NCBI GenBank assembly: GCA_038231275.1
Contig: JBBRLQ010000014.1
Span: forward strand, 96,001-160,000
Direction: 5' to 3'
Length of the DNA: 64,000 bases
From: Polyangiales bacterium
Lineage (GTDB): Bacteria > Myxococcota_A > Polyangia > Polyangiales > Polyangiaceae
Every line of letters starts with the position of its first letter. Within the stretch, counting starts at the first letter, position 1. The notes beneath the pieces are model-generated. The model did not search any database, was not told the origin of the DNA, and was given only the letters and a program-made list of their open reading frames with translations. Of this stretch, positions 1-9,027 are shown piece after piece. The position numbers and the translations under genes are program-made.

Positions 1-3000
1 GGGTCCGCTCGGCGTCATCAGGTGCCCGAGCACCGCGGCCAACGCGTGGCTTGGGTCCTTCTCCCTCGCGCAGACCTCGGTGCCGTCGGGATCGCGCGAC
101 TCGGCGAGGACCCGCGCCAGCACCTCGATCGAAGCGTCGGCGAGCGAGCGCTTCGTCACGCGCCCGTCTGTCGCCTGCGCGCGCGCGAACGCGGCCGCGA
201 CGCCGTGGAGGAGCGGCACGAGGTTGGCGTCGTCGGCGAGCCACTGGAGGAGATCGACGGAGGCGCCCGCGGTCGCCGCATCCGCCTGCCCTTCGGGGCT
301 CGTGAGGAGAAACTGCGCGAACCGCTCCAGCTCGGCGCGCGCGGCCGGATCGCTGCGCGCGGCCTCGAGGAGATCCACGGTCGATGCGAGCGAGGGACCA
401 CCCACCACGTCGGCGAAGTTCTTCGGCATCGTCTCACGCGCCCACGGGCATCCACCGCCGGCGCGCGCGCTCGGGCAGCGGGCGGCCACCTGCTCGCGGA
501 TCGCCGCGGTCAGCAGCGGGATCGCCTTCGGCACCCACCCGTTCGAAAACATCGCTTGCGTGCCCGTCCCCTTCACGCCGAAGAACGTGTCGGTGAGCTG
601 CGAGCGCGCCGCGCGCCACGGACCCAGGCGATCCTCGGTCCCCGCGCGCGCCGCGAACGCCGCGTCGAAGGCGTGGAGCGCGTCGACGAGCAGGTAGATG
701 GGCGTGACCTGAGGGTTCGTCGTGCCGTCGTTGCGCGTGCCGAGCTGGCTGCCGCGCCGATCGCGGAGACCGACGTTTTTCCCCGGATCGACGAGCGCGC
801 GGATGGCGTCGGCGAGCACGGCCACGCCGTCTTTGGGCGTCGCCTTGGTGCACGCGTGCGTCGTCGCGTCCTCTGCGACGCAGTGGGGCACCGTGATGGA
901 CTTCAGCACCGGCACGATGTCGTGCAGCGTCTGGAACAGGTCCGTCTCGAGCACGTCCGCGAGGAGCGGCTCGTAGGTCACCGCTCCGTCTTGCGCGCAC
1001 CACCGTGGGTTGGTCGCGCGCGTGCCCGTCTTCGTACACTCATCGGCCGACTGCCGCGTCGATCCCCAGTGCAAGTGCAGCGTGTCGAAGAGCTCCACGA
1101 AGAGGAGCGGCGCGCCGTGGTCCGCGAACGCCGCGGCGAGGGGCCCGACGTCCTTGATGAAGTCGAGCTGCTCGAGCGGGAAGAGCGCGTTCGGATCGCG
1201 CCCGCGCAACGTGTCGGCGAACGATCCGCACGTGCGCAGCGGGATCACTTTGCCGTCGCTCGGATCGGTGTAGGGCGTCAGCGGGCACACCATCGACGGC
1301 ACCGGATCGATGATGTCGCGCAGGAAGGCCATCGTCTGCGGGTTGCTGGCGTCTCCCGGCAGCCCATCGTGCGGCGTGTCGTAGTAGACGAGGCGTGATA
1401 CCCCGTTGACCGTCGGGTGCGTCGAGAACCCCTTGATGCCGGACACCGTCTCGAGGAAGGCGTCGGCCCCTCCCACGACGCCCGTGAGCGGCGACGCCAC
1501 CAGCTGCGCGAGGCACGGATCGCGGATGTCGAACTTGGCGCGCCCGAGCGCGACGTCGAGGAGCAGCGCGGCGACGTTCTCGATGCGCAGGATCCCGCAC
1601 AGCGGGAGCTTCGCGGGCGGCAGGGTCCCGGTGAGGAGGACACACGCGGCCTGCGCGGTGAAGTCCGTCGGGTAGTCGAGCGCGAGGCCCTTCCACTTCA
1701 CGTGCGCCACCGCGCCGTCCTTCGTGCACGCGCCGAGTCCATTCGCGTCGTGGAGCAGCTGCATGAATCGCTGCAGATCGCTGCGATTGGTCCCCGTGTC
1801 CGGGAGCGTGCGGTCGACCGGCGTCTTCATCGGCGAAACGCTCTGCGTCGTCAGGTCGAATGCGTCGCCGTTCAAGTTCTGCTTGTCGTAGGTGAGCTCG
1901 TCTTTGTAGGCGACGTACGCGTGGAAGGCGTTTCGGACGGCCAGCGTCTCGTCCTTGCCGAACGCCAGGAACAGATCCTCGAGGATCCCCGGCGTCTGCG
2001 CGATCTTTGCGAAGGTGTCGAGGAGCTCGTCCCACAGAGTCGACGTCGCCGGGATCTTCGCCTCGGGGTGCTTGTCTGCGATCGCCTTGATCTGCAGCCC
2101 AATCCCGACGAGGCGCGCGAGCTCCTGCGGGTGCTGGTCGGCGAGCGCGTGGACGAACGCGAGCGTGTCGTCCGTCGTATCGGGCGCGAGGATTTGTCCC
2201 ACGGCGTACGCGAGGTCGACGAGCGGCGCGTCGTCCGAATGAAACGCGCGGTACGGCAGCGTCGCGCCGGTCGAATACGTGCGCGTCGAGGTCGCGCCCG
2301 CGTCGCGGCTTCCGAGGACGATCGGCAGACCCCCCACCAGGCCCATGATCGCCTCGCGTCCGTGGGACGGATCCGGATCGAGCAGCGGCGCGAGGCTTTG
2401 AAGGAGAGACCCAAGGAGGGTGCGGCTCGTGTCGACGTAGTTGTAGAGGGGCAGCCGTCCGAAGGCGTCGCGCGTGGCGCCGTCGGTGCCGTCCGCGGCG
2501 AAGAACGGCGAAGGCGCGGGCGCGCCGTTCGTGGTGACGAACTGGCCGAGCGCGTCGAGATCCGCGAGGCCGTCCTTGTCGCCGTCGACGAAGAGCGAAG
2601 GCAGCTGACCGGCGGGGCGCGCCACATCGGCGACGCCGCGCGGATCGCGGACGACCACGTAGCGCGGCGCGCCCGACGTGAAGGCCGAGTCCTCCGTCAA
2701 GAGCAGCGTGCGCGCGAGCTCCAGGCTGCCGCGCGGTCGCGAGAGGACGAGCCGCGACGGATCGGTGGGATCGGGCAGCGCGGCGAGCGGAGGCGCCGGC
2801 GGATCGATGGTGGACGCGCGCAGCTCTTCGTGGAGCGTCGCCATGAGCTGCTGCAGGTCCTCGCTCGCCTTGCCTCGCGACGACACGATGCCGAGCAGCG
2901 CGTTGGCGAGCGGGACGAGGTGCGGGTAAGACAGCGCGGGACGTGCCATGCCGGTCGCGACCCCCGCGGGCCGGTACCCCTGTCGCGCGTCGAAGCGCGC

Positions 3001-3639
3001 GAGCGCGGCCTGCGTGTCGGGCGACGCGCGCACCCCCTCCATCACGTCGGCGAGCGCCTCGGTGAGCATCGGGATCGTGCGATCGTCGTAGAGATCGACG
3101 ATGCGTCCGAGCGTGGCGCCGAGCTCCTTCTGGAGCGACGCCTCACCGGTCTTGCCGCTCGGCGCGGCGCAGCTCGCGCGCGGATCGGTGGCGCCGAGAT
3201 CCTTGACGCCGATCGTCTCGGTCGACGGGACGGCGTGATCGATCGCGGCGGCAAAATCCTCACGCCGTCGCGCGAGGGCCTCGATGCGGGCGATGCGGTG
3301 GGCGCGGTTCGCCTGCTGCGTCGGCAGCGAGACCACGTGGCCGGCCTCGTCGGTGGCGTTGGGGTCGAGCAGAACCAGCTGGGACGTGTCGACCTTGTCG
3401 GCCCACGTGCCGCCGGCGCTTGGGTGGCAGACGGCGTGGAACGAAGCGCCGGTCACGTCCTCGCGGAGGGCCTGGGCACCGACGCGATCGCACACCAGGC
3501 CGAAGAGCTCGTGACCGAGGGTGCCTCGCGGCGGCGTCGCGCGCGCGGTATCGAAGTCGGCGGCGCAGGCGAAGCACAGCGCGGACAAGAGGACGCCGAA
3601 GACCCAACCTCGGCCGGTGCTACGACGAAAGACTCCCAC
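1..3639 (-). CDS. Very large predicted lipoprotein of unknown function (>1,213 aa; C-terminus lies beyond the window's left edge)
   Basis: Not in the ORF track because its stop is outside the window. Manual translation from GTG at 3639 gives MGVFRRSTGRGWVFGVLLSALCFAC-AADFDT, a signal peptide with lipobox-like Cys. The same frame is still open at base 1 (...KDPSHALAAVLGHLMTPSGP). The long + strand ORFs here look like antisense shadows. Confidence 0.8.
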   Translation of the reverse strand, partial: MGVFRRSTGRGWVFGVLLSALCFACAADFDTARATPPRGTLGHELFGLVCDRVGAQALREDVTGASFHAVCHPSAGGTWADKVDTSQLVLLDPNATDEAGHVVSLPTQQANRAHRIARIEALARRREDFAAAIDHAVPSTETIGVKDLGATDPRASCAAPSGKTGEASLQKELGATLGRIVDLYDDRTIPMLTEALADVMEGVRASPDTQAALARFDARQGYRPAGVATGMARPALSYPHLVPLANALLGIVSSRGKASEDLQQLMATLHEELRASTIDPPAPPLAALPDPTDPSRLVLSRPRGSLELARTLLLTEDSAFTSGAPRYVVVRDPRGVADVARPAGQLPSLFVDGDKDGLADLDALGQFVTTNGAPAPSPFFAADGTDGATRDAFGRLPLYNYVDTSRTLLGSLLQSLAPLLDPDPSHGREAIMGLVGGLPIVLGSRDAGATSTRTYSTGATLPYRAFHSDDAPLVDLAYAVGQILAPDTTDDTLAFVHALADQHPQELARLVGIGLQIKAIADKHPEAKIPATSTLWDELLDTFAKIAQTPGILEDLFLAFGKDETLAVRNAFHAYVAYKDELTYDKQNLNGDAFDLTTQSVSPMKTPVDRTLPDTGTNRSDLQRFMQLLHDANGLGACTKDGAVAHVKWKGLALDYPTDFTAQAACVLLTGTLPPAKLPLCGILRIENVAALLLDVALGRAKFDIRDPCLAQLVASPLTGVVGGADAFLETVSGIKGFSTHPTVNGVSRLVYYDTPHDGLPGDASNPQTMAFLRDIIDPVPSMVCPLTPYTDPSDGKVIPLRTCGSFADTLRGRDPNALFPLEQLDFIKDVGPLAAAFADHGAPLLFVELFDTLHLHWGSTRQSADECTKTGTRATNPRWCAQDGAVTYEPLLADVLETDLFQTLHDIVPVLKSITVPHCVAEDATTHACTKATPKDGVAVLADAIRALVDPGKNVGLRDRRGSQLGTRNDGTTNPQVTPIYLLVDALHAFDAAFAARAGTEDRLGPWRAARSQLTDTFFGVKGTGTQAMFSNGWVPKAIPLLTAAIREQVAARCPSARAGGGCPWARETMPKNFADVVGGPSLASTVDLLEAARSDPAARAELERFAQFLLTSPEGQADAATAGASVDLLQWLADDANLVPLLHGVAAAFARAQATDGRVTKRSLADASIEVLARVLAESRDPDGTEVCAREKDPSHALAAVLGHLMTPSGP

Positions 3640-3683
3640 GACCCCGAGGGGACGATAGCACCAGAAAAGGCGGCCGACCCGGC

Positions 3684-4889
3684 CTACTTGCCGTACGTCA
3701 CCTGCGAGAACGGCGCGGCCGGTTTGCCGAAGAAATAGCCCTGGAAGACGTCACACCCGAGGCCGACGAGGGTGTCGCGCTCGGCCTCCGTCTCGACGCC
3801 CTCGGCGATGAGCATGATGTTGAGATCGCGGCAAAGGTGCACCATCGACCCGACCAGCTTCTGCTTCGTCGGCGTCTTGTTGATGTCGCGCACGAGCGCC
3901 ATGTCGAGCTTCACGACGTCCGGCTCGAGCATCGCGAAGCTCGTGAGGCCCGCGTAGCCCGCCCCGATGTCGTCGATGGCGATGCGATAGCCCATCGCGC
4001 GCAGATCCCGGACGCGCGCGTGCACGTCGTCGACCTGGTGGAGGCTGGCGCGCTCGGTGATCTCGAGAACCACGCGGCCGGCGATCTTCGCGAGGGCAGA
4101 CTCGCGGTCGAACAGGCTCGAGTCGTTGAGATCGCGCGTGTGGAGGTTCACGAAGAGGAGCGCGTCCTCGGGCGCCTTGTTCATCGGCAGCGGGGAGATC
4201 TGACGGATGACGCGCCCCAGCGCCTCGACCTGCCCGATGCGCTCGGCGGCGTCGAAGAGCGCGCCCGGATGCGGCAGCGCGGGCTCGGCGGAGCGCACGA
4301 GCGCTTCGTAACCGAGGATCCTGCGCTCGGAGAAGCGAACGATGGGCTGGTAGACCATGAACAGCGCTGCGAGCGCGCGCGAGAGAGCGGCCTTGAGGCC
4401 AGCCCGCTCGCCCATCTGCTTGTCGTAGTCGCCGAAGATCGCCGCGGCCTGCTTCTTCAGGACGGCCATGCGCCGCAAGTGGAGCCCGTCGCGCAGCGCA
4501 CGCTCCATCGCGTCCTTGGCGACCGGCTTGAGCAGGTAACGCAGGGCGCCGTACTCGAGCGCGTACGCTGCCGACTCGGTCGAGGGGCACGCGGTCATGA
4601 GGATGACCGGGAGATCGGGATCCCGGCGCCGTACCTCACGCAGGAAGTCGATCCCGGTCATGCCGGGCATCGTGAGATCGGAGATGACGACGTCGACCGG
4701 CTCCTGCGCGAGGATCTCGAGGCCTATTTCGCCGCTGGCCGCGGTAGCGACCGCGTAGCCCTGACCGGCGAGCACGCGGGAGTACGCGCGCAAGATGGCC
4801 TGCTCGTCGTCGACGATGAGCACCCGAGGCTTGCCTCCGGTCCCATCGACGATGCCGTCGACGACAGCCGCGGAGAGGTTCTCGTCCAT
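3684..4889 (-). CDS. Response regulator with REC and EAL (c-di-GMP phosphodiesterase) domains
   Basis: REC motifs VLIVDDE and ISDLTMPGMTG. EAL-domain motifs YQPIV, GYEALVR, LEITE, IAIDDIGAGY, VKLD, AEGVET, FQGY. Start taken at MDENLS. Confidence 0.92.
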   Translation of the reverse strand: MDENLSAAVVDGIVDGTGGKPRVLIVDDEQAILRAYSRVLAGQGYAVATAASGEIGLEILAQEPVDVVISDLTMPGMTGIDFLREVRRRDPDLPVILMTACPSTESAAYALEYGALRYLLKPVAKDAMERALRDGLHLRRMAVLKKQAAAIFGDYDKQMGERAGLKAALSRALAALFMVYQPIVRFSERRILGYEALVRSAEPALPHPGALFDAAERIGQVEALGRVIRQISPLPMNKAPEDALLFVNLHTRDLNDSSLFDRESALAKIAGRVVLEITERASLHQVDDVHARVRDLRAMGYRIAIDDIGAGYAGLTSFAMLEPDVVKLDMALVRDINKTPTKQKLVGSMVHLCRDLNIMLIAEGVETEAERDTLVGLGCDVFQGYFFGKPAAPFSQVTYGK

Positions 4890-4968
4890 GCCACTCTGGA
4901 CGACCAAACGGGCTCGTTCCTTTAGGGAAATTCCGTCGTGTGCGGACCTGTGGCCGGCAGCGGGACCG

Positions 4969-5703
4969 TCAAAAATTCTTGGCCGTGAGGAGCGCCTCGT
5001 AACCGTTGCTGCCCGTGGCGTCTCGGTAGGACCAGTGGACTGGCCCGACACCACGACAGAAGATCGTGTAGGACGGGCCCGCGGTGTCTTGCGCCTTCCA
5101 GCAGCTCGAGAACGTGCCGGCGGGGACGGTGACCGCGCCGACGTCGTGCCACGCGTAGCTCGTGACGCCGTTGGACCATGTGTGTCCCTCGACCACCGGC
5201 GCGTCGAGGACCAGGACCCAGGTTGCCGCGTCGTCCCAGTACACGACGTCGCCGTCGACGGCGTAGTAGACGCTGCCGAGGCCGGTGCAGAACGACTGCG
5301 TCTCGTACGCGAGCTTGCCGTCGCGCTGGGCGGAGCCGAGGACTTTGGCCTGGTGCGAGCCGGTCGCGCAGTACGGGTAGACGCCGACTTGCGTGACGTC
5401 GAACGTCCACGCGTTGCCGACGACGATCGGATCGATCGGCGCCAACTTGGGGCCGCCATCGGTCCCTGCGTCGCCGTTTCCTGCGGCGTCGTGTTGGGGG
5501 CCGCCGTCCGCAAGAGGAGGCGTGACGCCGCCGTCACCCGGATCGCCACCGCCGTCTTGACCCCCGGCGCCGCCGTCACCCGTTGCGCCGAGCCCGCCGG
5601 TGCCGCTGCTCCCTCCGCAGCCGATGGATCCGAGCGAGGCGAGCGAGGCAAGCGAGGCGACCGCGACGAAGGTGAAGACGGGGAACGAGTGCATGGGCTT
5701 CAT
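4969..5703 (-). CDS. Lipoprotein with Gly/Asp-rich linker and C-terminal beta-rich domain (VTVPAGTF motif, DUF3108/TapB-like)
   Basis: Signal peptide ending SIGC-GG, DGG-rich linker, then PIVVGNAWTF...VTVPAGTFSSCWK...FCRGVGPV. Confidence 0.7.
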   Translation of the reverse strand: MKPMHSFPVFTFVAVASLASLASLGSIGCGGSSGTGGLGATGDGGAGGQDGGGDPGDGGVTPPLADGGPQHDAAGNGDAGTDGGPKLAPIDPIVVGNAWTFDVTQVGVYPYCATGSHQAKVLGSAQRDGKLAYETQSFCTGLGSVYYAVDGDVVYWDDAATWVLVLDAPVVEGHTWSNGVTSYAWHDVGAVTVPAGTFSSCWKAQDTAGPSYTIFCRGVGPVHWSYRDATGSNGYEALLTAKNF

Positions 5704-5729
5704 GGGAAGTGAGACTCCTTGTGACATGT

Positions 5730-6992
5730 TCACGTGCCGCAGGCGAGCGACTGGCAAGCGTTGACCTCGGTGGCGCAATGCGCGAGCACGCACTGGCTGC
5801 ACGCCGCGCCGTACACCGCGCACTCGGTCGCGCAGTGGCTCTGTCCGCAGAGGAGCTCCGGAAAGAGCACGCCGGTGACGTTGGGGCAGCTGTCGGTGAT
5901 GCACTTCTGGAAGCACGGCCCCACGTCGGCCTTACCGTCTCCGAACGACGGCGCCTCGCTGCGCGCGCAGGTCTGGATGCAGCTCGACGTTTGCGCGCAC
6001 GAGCGATCGCCGCCGCCGTGCTCGTCGCCGTCGTGGCAGTCGTCTTCGTCGACGTTCCCCTCCGGGTAGTAAAAAGCGGAGAACATGCACATTTCGTTGG
6101 CCTCGGCGCTGAGGCCCTGGACGACGTCGGCGGGATCGTCGCTCGCGAAGTCGCACGCGAAACGCACGAATGAGCCGGCCGGGGCCACCAGCGGGCCGCG
6201 GTAATAGGGAGGGTGCTGCCAGTCGTTCGTCGTGAAGAACGGCGCGGCGGTGGGGGCCGCTCCCGGGAGATCGAGGAACGCGCGGTAGCCGACGCCGCGC
6301 CGGTGCATGTGCGAGCCGGCGCTCACGATCGTCACGTCGTGCTTCACCGGGCAGCGCATGCGCGCGGTGCCCGATCCGTGCGCGGGCACGTGGATGTACG
6401 GATCGTAGAAGCGAAACGTCCCCACACGGTGACGCACGTTCGCGGCAGGCGTCGTGCGAAGCTCGACATGCACGCGCGCGGTCGTCGCCGCCGCGCCGGC
6501 GTTCAGGAAGTGCGCTTGGAAGAGGAGGACGTCACCGCCCTTGAACGCCAGTGCCGCGCCGTCGGGAAAGTCCGCGGTCTCGCCGCGAAGCTGCCCGCCC
6601 GTCACGAAGCCGCGCTCGTACCGCATCACGCCTTGCCCCTCGAAGCAGTCGAGCGGCGTATCCATCGGCAGCGGCGGATCGATCGGCGCGGTACGAAAGA
6701 GGAGGAAGTGGTGCGTGCCGGCCGTGGTCGTGTAGTCGCCGCCGCTCACGAAGATCTCGGCCTCGCCGCTCGCGGCGGCCGGCATCCGAACGAGCTGGCA
6801 AACGTGGGACTCCTCCGACGCGCCGACGTTCGCCGAGAGATCGAACGCGATGACGTTCCCGGCAGTCGCGTCGGCGGCGCCTGCATCGGGGCCGGGGGGC
6901 GCAGGCGACAGAGAAGAGGAGGAGGACCCGCTGCACCCAAAAAGGGCGCTGGCGACGACCGTGGACAAGACGAACGAGACGAAGGGGCGCAT
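5730..6992 (-). CDS. Copper type II ascorbate-dependent monooxygenase-like (PHM/DBH family) lipoprotein with Cys-rich C-terminus
   Basis: Lipobox LFGC. CuH-type ligands THH and QAH. CuM-type ligands SHMH and NEMC. C-terminal ~90 aa rich in Cys. Confidence 0.8.
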   Translation of the reverse strand: MRPFVSFVLSTVVASALFGCSGSSSSSLSPAPPGPDAGAADATAGNVIAFDLSANVGASEESHVCQLVRMPAAASGEAEIFVSGGDYTTTAGTHHFLLFRTAPIDPPLPMDTPLDCFEGQGVMRYERGFVTGGQLRGETADFPDGAALAFKGGDVLLFQAHFLNAGAAATTARVHVELRTTPAANVRHRVGTFRFYDPYIHVPAHGSGTARMRCPVKHDVTIVSAGSHMHRRGVGYRAFLDLPGAAPTAAPFFTTNDWQHPPYYRGPLVAPAGSFVRFACDFASDDPADVVQGLSAEANEMCMFSAFYYPEGNVDEDDCHDGDEHGGGDRSCAQTSSCIQTCARSEAPSFGDGKADVGPCFQKCITDSCPNVTGVLFPELLCGQSHCATECAVYGAACSQCVLAHCATEVNACQSLACGT

Positions 6993-7142
6993 CGAACGGT
7001 GCGTGGAGCCGCCCCGTCCGTTTTCTCAACCCAACACCCCGAAACCGTCGATTTTTCCCGAACGAGACCGCGCGGTCACACCGCTGTGCCCTACGGTTCA
7101 CGATTTGGATGACGGAACGAGCCCCCCCAGGCATGAGAGAGG

Positions 7143-7541
7143 ATGCGCGCGAGGAGGACCTGGGCCGTGCTTTTCGGCACGCTGGGCGCGTGCGCGTCAT
7201 TTGCCTCGGTTCGAAAGGATGCCGTCGACCTCGTCGCCGATGTCCGCGCGTGCAAGGCAGCCGACACCTGCGTGATGATGCCGGCGTTCGACCGCGACTG
7301 CACCGGGGTCCTCGGGTGCCCTTTTCCGATCCGCGCCGGTCGCGAGGCGGAGACCGTCTCGCGTGGCGACGACATCGTGGAGCGCAGCCGCTCGACGAAC
7401 GAGTGCGCGACCGCGTTTTGTGACACGACGGTCCGAGACACCGCGATGTGCGATCCGGCGGCGGGTCGCTGCGTCGTCGTGCCTCTCGTCGCGTTCGACG
7501 CGGGGGGCGACGCGCCGGTCTTCAGCCGCGACGCGCAGTGA
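7143..7541 (+). CDS. Small secreted Cys-rich protein / probable lipoprotein
   Basis: Signal peptide ending LGAC, multiple Cys residues, fills the gap between flanking genes. Confidence 0.6.
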   Translation: MRARRTWAVLFGTLGACASFASVRKDAVDLVADVRACKAADTCVMMPAFDRDCTGVLGCPFPIRAGREAETVSRGDDIVERSRSTNECATAFCDTTVRDTAMCDPAAGRCVVVPLVAFDAGGDAPVFSRDAQ

Positions 7542-8381
7542 TCACTGGCACTGCCCCGCGACGCACGTAGTGACGCCCGGGCATTGGTTGTCGTGATGAC
7601 AGCCGGCGACGCACTGGCCGGCGGTGCAAATCTGGCCGGAGCCGTCGTTGCCGGGATTGCAGTCGCCGTCACCCGCGCAGCTCGCGCCGCCCGAGGGAGG
7701 GGGAGGCGGCGGCGGAGGCGGCGGGGGCGGCGGCGGATCCGGCGGCGGGGTCGGAGGCGGATTCGGGTCCGGCGTCGGAGTCGGGGTCGGATCCGGCGGC
7801 GGCGTCGGGTCGGCGGACATGCCGTTCTCGCGGATCGGCTTGAAGCCACCGGCGTGGAGCGACGACGTCGTGCGCGCGCGGAACTGCATGTCGCTCGCGG
7901 TGTTCGCCTCCTCGAGGACGCACGCGCTCGAGCGCGTGGGGCTGGCCCATCCCAGGAACAATACGACGTGCCCCGCGCCGCCCGAGCGATGCACGATCGC
8001 GTCGCCGGGGATGAGATCGTCGTACGAGTGGAGCAGGTGCGAATCGCCGCCGCCGCTCGCGAAGTCGGCGGTGGTGAACGACTGGCCGAGGTGCCAGCAC
8101 ATCGACACGAAACCGGAGCAGTCCGTCCGGTACCCTTCGTGCGACGACGTCTGGCTGTACGGCACGTGCTGGTCGTACCAGTGGAAGCCGCGCGTGATCG
8201 CGGTGCGCCGCGCGCCGGTGACCGAGGCGAGGATCTGGGTGCGGTTGCAGGCGGCTGACGTGTCGATGGCCGCCGACGACTCGCCGACGTCGCCGGTGTC
8301 CTCCGAGGGGGGAGCGGCCGAGCACGCGCCGAGGAGTCCGAGAGCCGCGAACGCGAACGAAAAGGGGGATCGATGAAGCAT
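7542..8381 (-). CDS. NlpC/P60-like cell-wall endopeptidase lipoprotein with Pro-rich linker and Cys-rich tail
   Basis: Lipobox LGAC. Catalytic-type motifs YRTDCSGFVS, PGD and GHVVLF. PT/PP linker. Start placed at ATG 8381, just downstream of a sigma-54 box. Confidence 0.82.
   Translation of the reverse strand: MLHRSPFSFAFAALGLLGACSAAPPSEDTGDVGESSAAIDTSAACNRTQILASVTGARRTAITRGFHWYDQHVPYSQTSSHEGYRTDCSGFVSMCWHLGQSFTTADFASGGGDSHLLHSYDDLIPGDAIVHRSGGAGHVVLFLGWASPTRSSACVLEEANTASDMQFRARTTSSLHAGGFKPIRENGMSADPTPPPDPTPTPTPDPNPPPTPPPDPPPPPPPPPPPPPPSGGASCAGDGDCNPGNDGSGQICTAGQCVAGCHHDNQCPGVTTCVAGQCQ
7692..7812 (-). repeat. Low-complexity Pro/Thr-coding repeat inside the NlpC/P60 gene
   Basis: Encodes PTPPPDPTPTPTPDPNPPPTPPPDPPPPPPPPPPPP. 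Confidence 0.8.
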
Positions 8382-8394
8382 GGTCCGCGCATTG

Positions 8395-8410
8395 AGCAAG
8401 ACGTGGACCG
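8395..8410 (-). promoter_or_regulatory. Putative sigma-54 promoter (CGGTCC-ACGTC-TTGCT)
   Basis: GG-N10-GC spacing with TTGCT, 13 nt upstream of ATG 8381. Confidence 0.5.
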
Positions 8411-8592
8411 TGTGCTCGGAGCAGACGAATCGCTCGGCACCGCAACTTCCCTGGGTCGCGACTGGAATTCACCGTCCGCCACGTCACGTCGCGTCGCATC
8501 GCGGCGACGCCACCGGTTCGCCGGCGATCCTGTGGGATGCCGTGGGATGACTCGTTGACGACCCGGTGCGCGAACCCTACTCACGGAGCGCG

Positions 8593-9021
8593 ATGCTCCT
8601 CCTCCTCGTCGCCGTTCCGCTCGTTTCGGTGTTCGTCGTGCTCGCGGCGTTGCACTTCTATTGGGCTGCGGGCGGGCAGTGGGGCGCGGCGGCGGCGGTG
8701 CCGGAGATCGCGCGCGCGCCAGCATTTCGGCCGGGCAAGCTGGCCACGGTGATCGTCGGCCTGCTCCTCGCGACGGCGGGCGGCCTCCTCGCGGTGGGCG
8801 CGGGGTTCTTCGCCATCGACGCGCTCCCGGCATGGATCGCGAGGAGCGGCGTGTGGACGATCGCGGCGGTGATGCTCGCGCGCTTCGTCGGTGACTTCCG
8901 GACGTTCGGCGTCATGAAGCGCGTCAAGGGCACGCGCTTCGCTCGGCTCGATACGGTCCTTTACGCGCCGCTATGCCTCGCGCTGTCGATGGGAAGCACG
9001 TTCGTCGCGCTCACGAAGTGA
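8593..9021 (+). CDS. Membrane protein, DUF3995-like
   Basis: LHFYWAAGG motif, RFVGDFRTFG, FARLDTVLYAPLCL, about 4 TM helices. Confidence 0.78.
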   Translation: MLLLLVAVPLVSVFVVLAALHFYWAAGGQWGAAAAVPEIARAPAFRPGKLATVIVGLLLATAGGLLAVGAGFFAIDALPAWIARSGVWTIAAVMLARFVGDFRTFGVMKRVKGTRFARLDTVLYAPLCLALSMGSTFVALTK

Positions 9022-9027
9022 TGCGCG

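Noticed and set aside
22..3738. Long + strand ORFs 22..1398 and 1417..3738, and many similar Arg/Ala-rich ORFs across the window
   Set aside because: Antisense or off-frame shadows of real genes in high-GC DNA, with no recognisable motifs.
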